Positions 63,535 to 64,000 of a DNA stretch of 64,000 bases are shown in pieces; positions within the stretch are counted from its first letter, which is position 1, and each line of letters starts with the position of its first letter. The notes under the pieces are model-generated. The model saw only the letters and a program-made list of their open reading frames with translations, was not told the DNA's origin and did no database searches. Source of the DNA: Patescibacteria group bacterium (GTDB lineage Bacteria; Patescibacteriota; Patescibacteriia; SG8-24; DYFX01); assembly GCA_041659045.1 (NCBI GenBank), contig JBAZZB010000003.1, positions 28,212 to 92,211 of the forward strand, written 5' to 3'. The translations under genes were made by a program, and so were the position numbers.

Positions 63535-64000
63535 AGCGCTGGTGCTTCGACGCCTTCGACGGCGGCAATAATTTCTTCTGCAAGTCGCTCGTAGGCTTTG
63601 GCGCCTTTCGAGCCCGGGTCGTAATCGGCAATGACTTTTCCGTAGGACGGCGCCTCGGCCAAACGCACGTTGCGCGGCACGGCGGAACGGAAGATCTTGT
63701 TTGGGAAAAACTTGTAGAGCTCGGCCATGACTTCGTTCGAAAGCTTGTTGCGGCTGTCGAACATGGTAATGACGGCTCCAAGCACTTCGAGCTCGGGCTT
63801 CACGTGCTGCTTCACGAGATCAATCGTCTGCATGAGCGCGCCCAAACCTTCGAGCGCGAAGTACTCTGCCTGCACCGGGATCAGCACCTGATCGGCGGCG
63901 ATGAGGCCGTTGATCGTAAGAAGGCCGAGCGACGGCGGAGAGTCGATGATAATGAAGTCGTAGTCGTGCCGCACGCTCATGAGCGCGTCGGAGAGTTTGA
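63531..64000 (-). CDS. parA: chromosome partitioning ATPase ParA/Soj, C-terminal part; gene continues beyond the window end
   Basis: ...YDFIIIDSPPSLGLLTINGLIAADQVLIPVQAEYFALEGL... ParA family. ATGA overlap with the parB start. Confidence 0.85.
   Translation of the reverse strand, partial: KLSDALMSVRHDYDFIIIDSPPSLGLLTINGLIAADQVLIPVQAEYFALEGLGALMQTIDLVKQHVKPELEVLGAVITMFDSRNKLSNEVMAELYKFFPNKIFRSAVPRNVRLAEAPSYGKVIADYDPGSKGAKAYERLAEEIIAAVEGVEAPAL

Overview
This 64-kb window is a gene-dense chromosomal segment of roughly 60 % GC, with almost no intergenic space and many 1-4-nt stop/start junctions. The gene content looks like a reduced-genome (Patescibacteria/CPR-like) bacterium; that is inference from content only. 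Housekeeping backbone: a complete SUF Fe-S operon behind an Rrf2 regulator (rrf2-sufB-sufD-sufS-sufU-sufC-sufT), infC-rpmI-rplT, tRNA-Asp, thioredoxin, pyruvate kinase, HtrA, nrdR-ftsZ-ftsA-dgkA-ybeY, rpsU, GatB/YqeY, hisS, lepB, tRNA-Val, an LCP protein, der, pth, truD, dprA, topA, a short Rel/SpoT homolog and parB-parA. The most unusual content is a co-directional block at 28.6-42.7 kb. It holds two tandem large secreted proteins that share a near-identical N-terminal two-helix module resembling a VirB2/TrbC-type pilin; one is a 3420-aa giant with IPT/TIG-like domains and at least 15 Cys-rich CGNG...GE.CD repeats. Three small membrane proteins with thrombospondin-type-3-like Asp-rich calcium-binding repeats follow, and the block is joined to ybeY by an ATGA overlap. 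Other accessory features: (1) three small patches whose codons end almost uniformly in G or C, suggesting horizontal acquisition: a zinc-ribbon/coiled-coil protein with a small membrane partner; a Vsr/DUF559-like nuclease-domain protein behind an 18-bp perfect palindromic operator in its promoter, next to an MBL-fold hydrolase; and a three-gene cassette of small unknown proteins. (2) A lower-GC insertion carrying an IS200-like RAYT tyrosine transposase flanked by inverted REP-like repeats. (3) A CHASE2 adenylate cyclase and an orphan histidine kinase. Hand-counted coordinates for RNA genes, repeats, promoters and terminators may be off by 1-2 nt. CDS starts come from the ORF track by codon arithmetic, and the track treats GTG/TTG as start codons.
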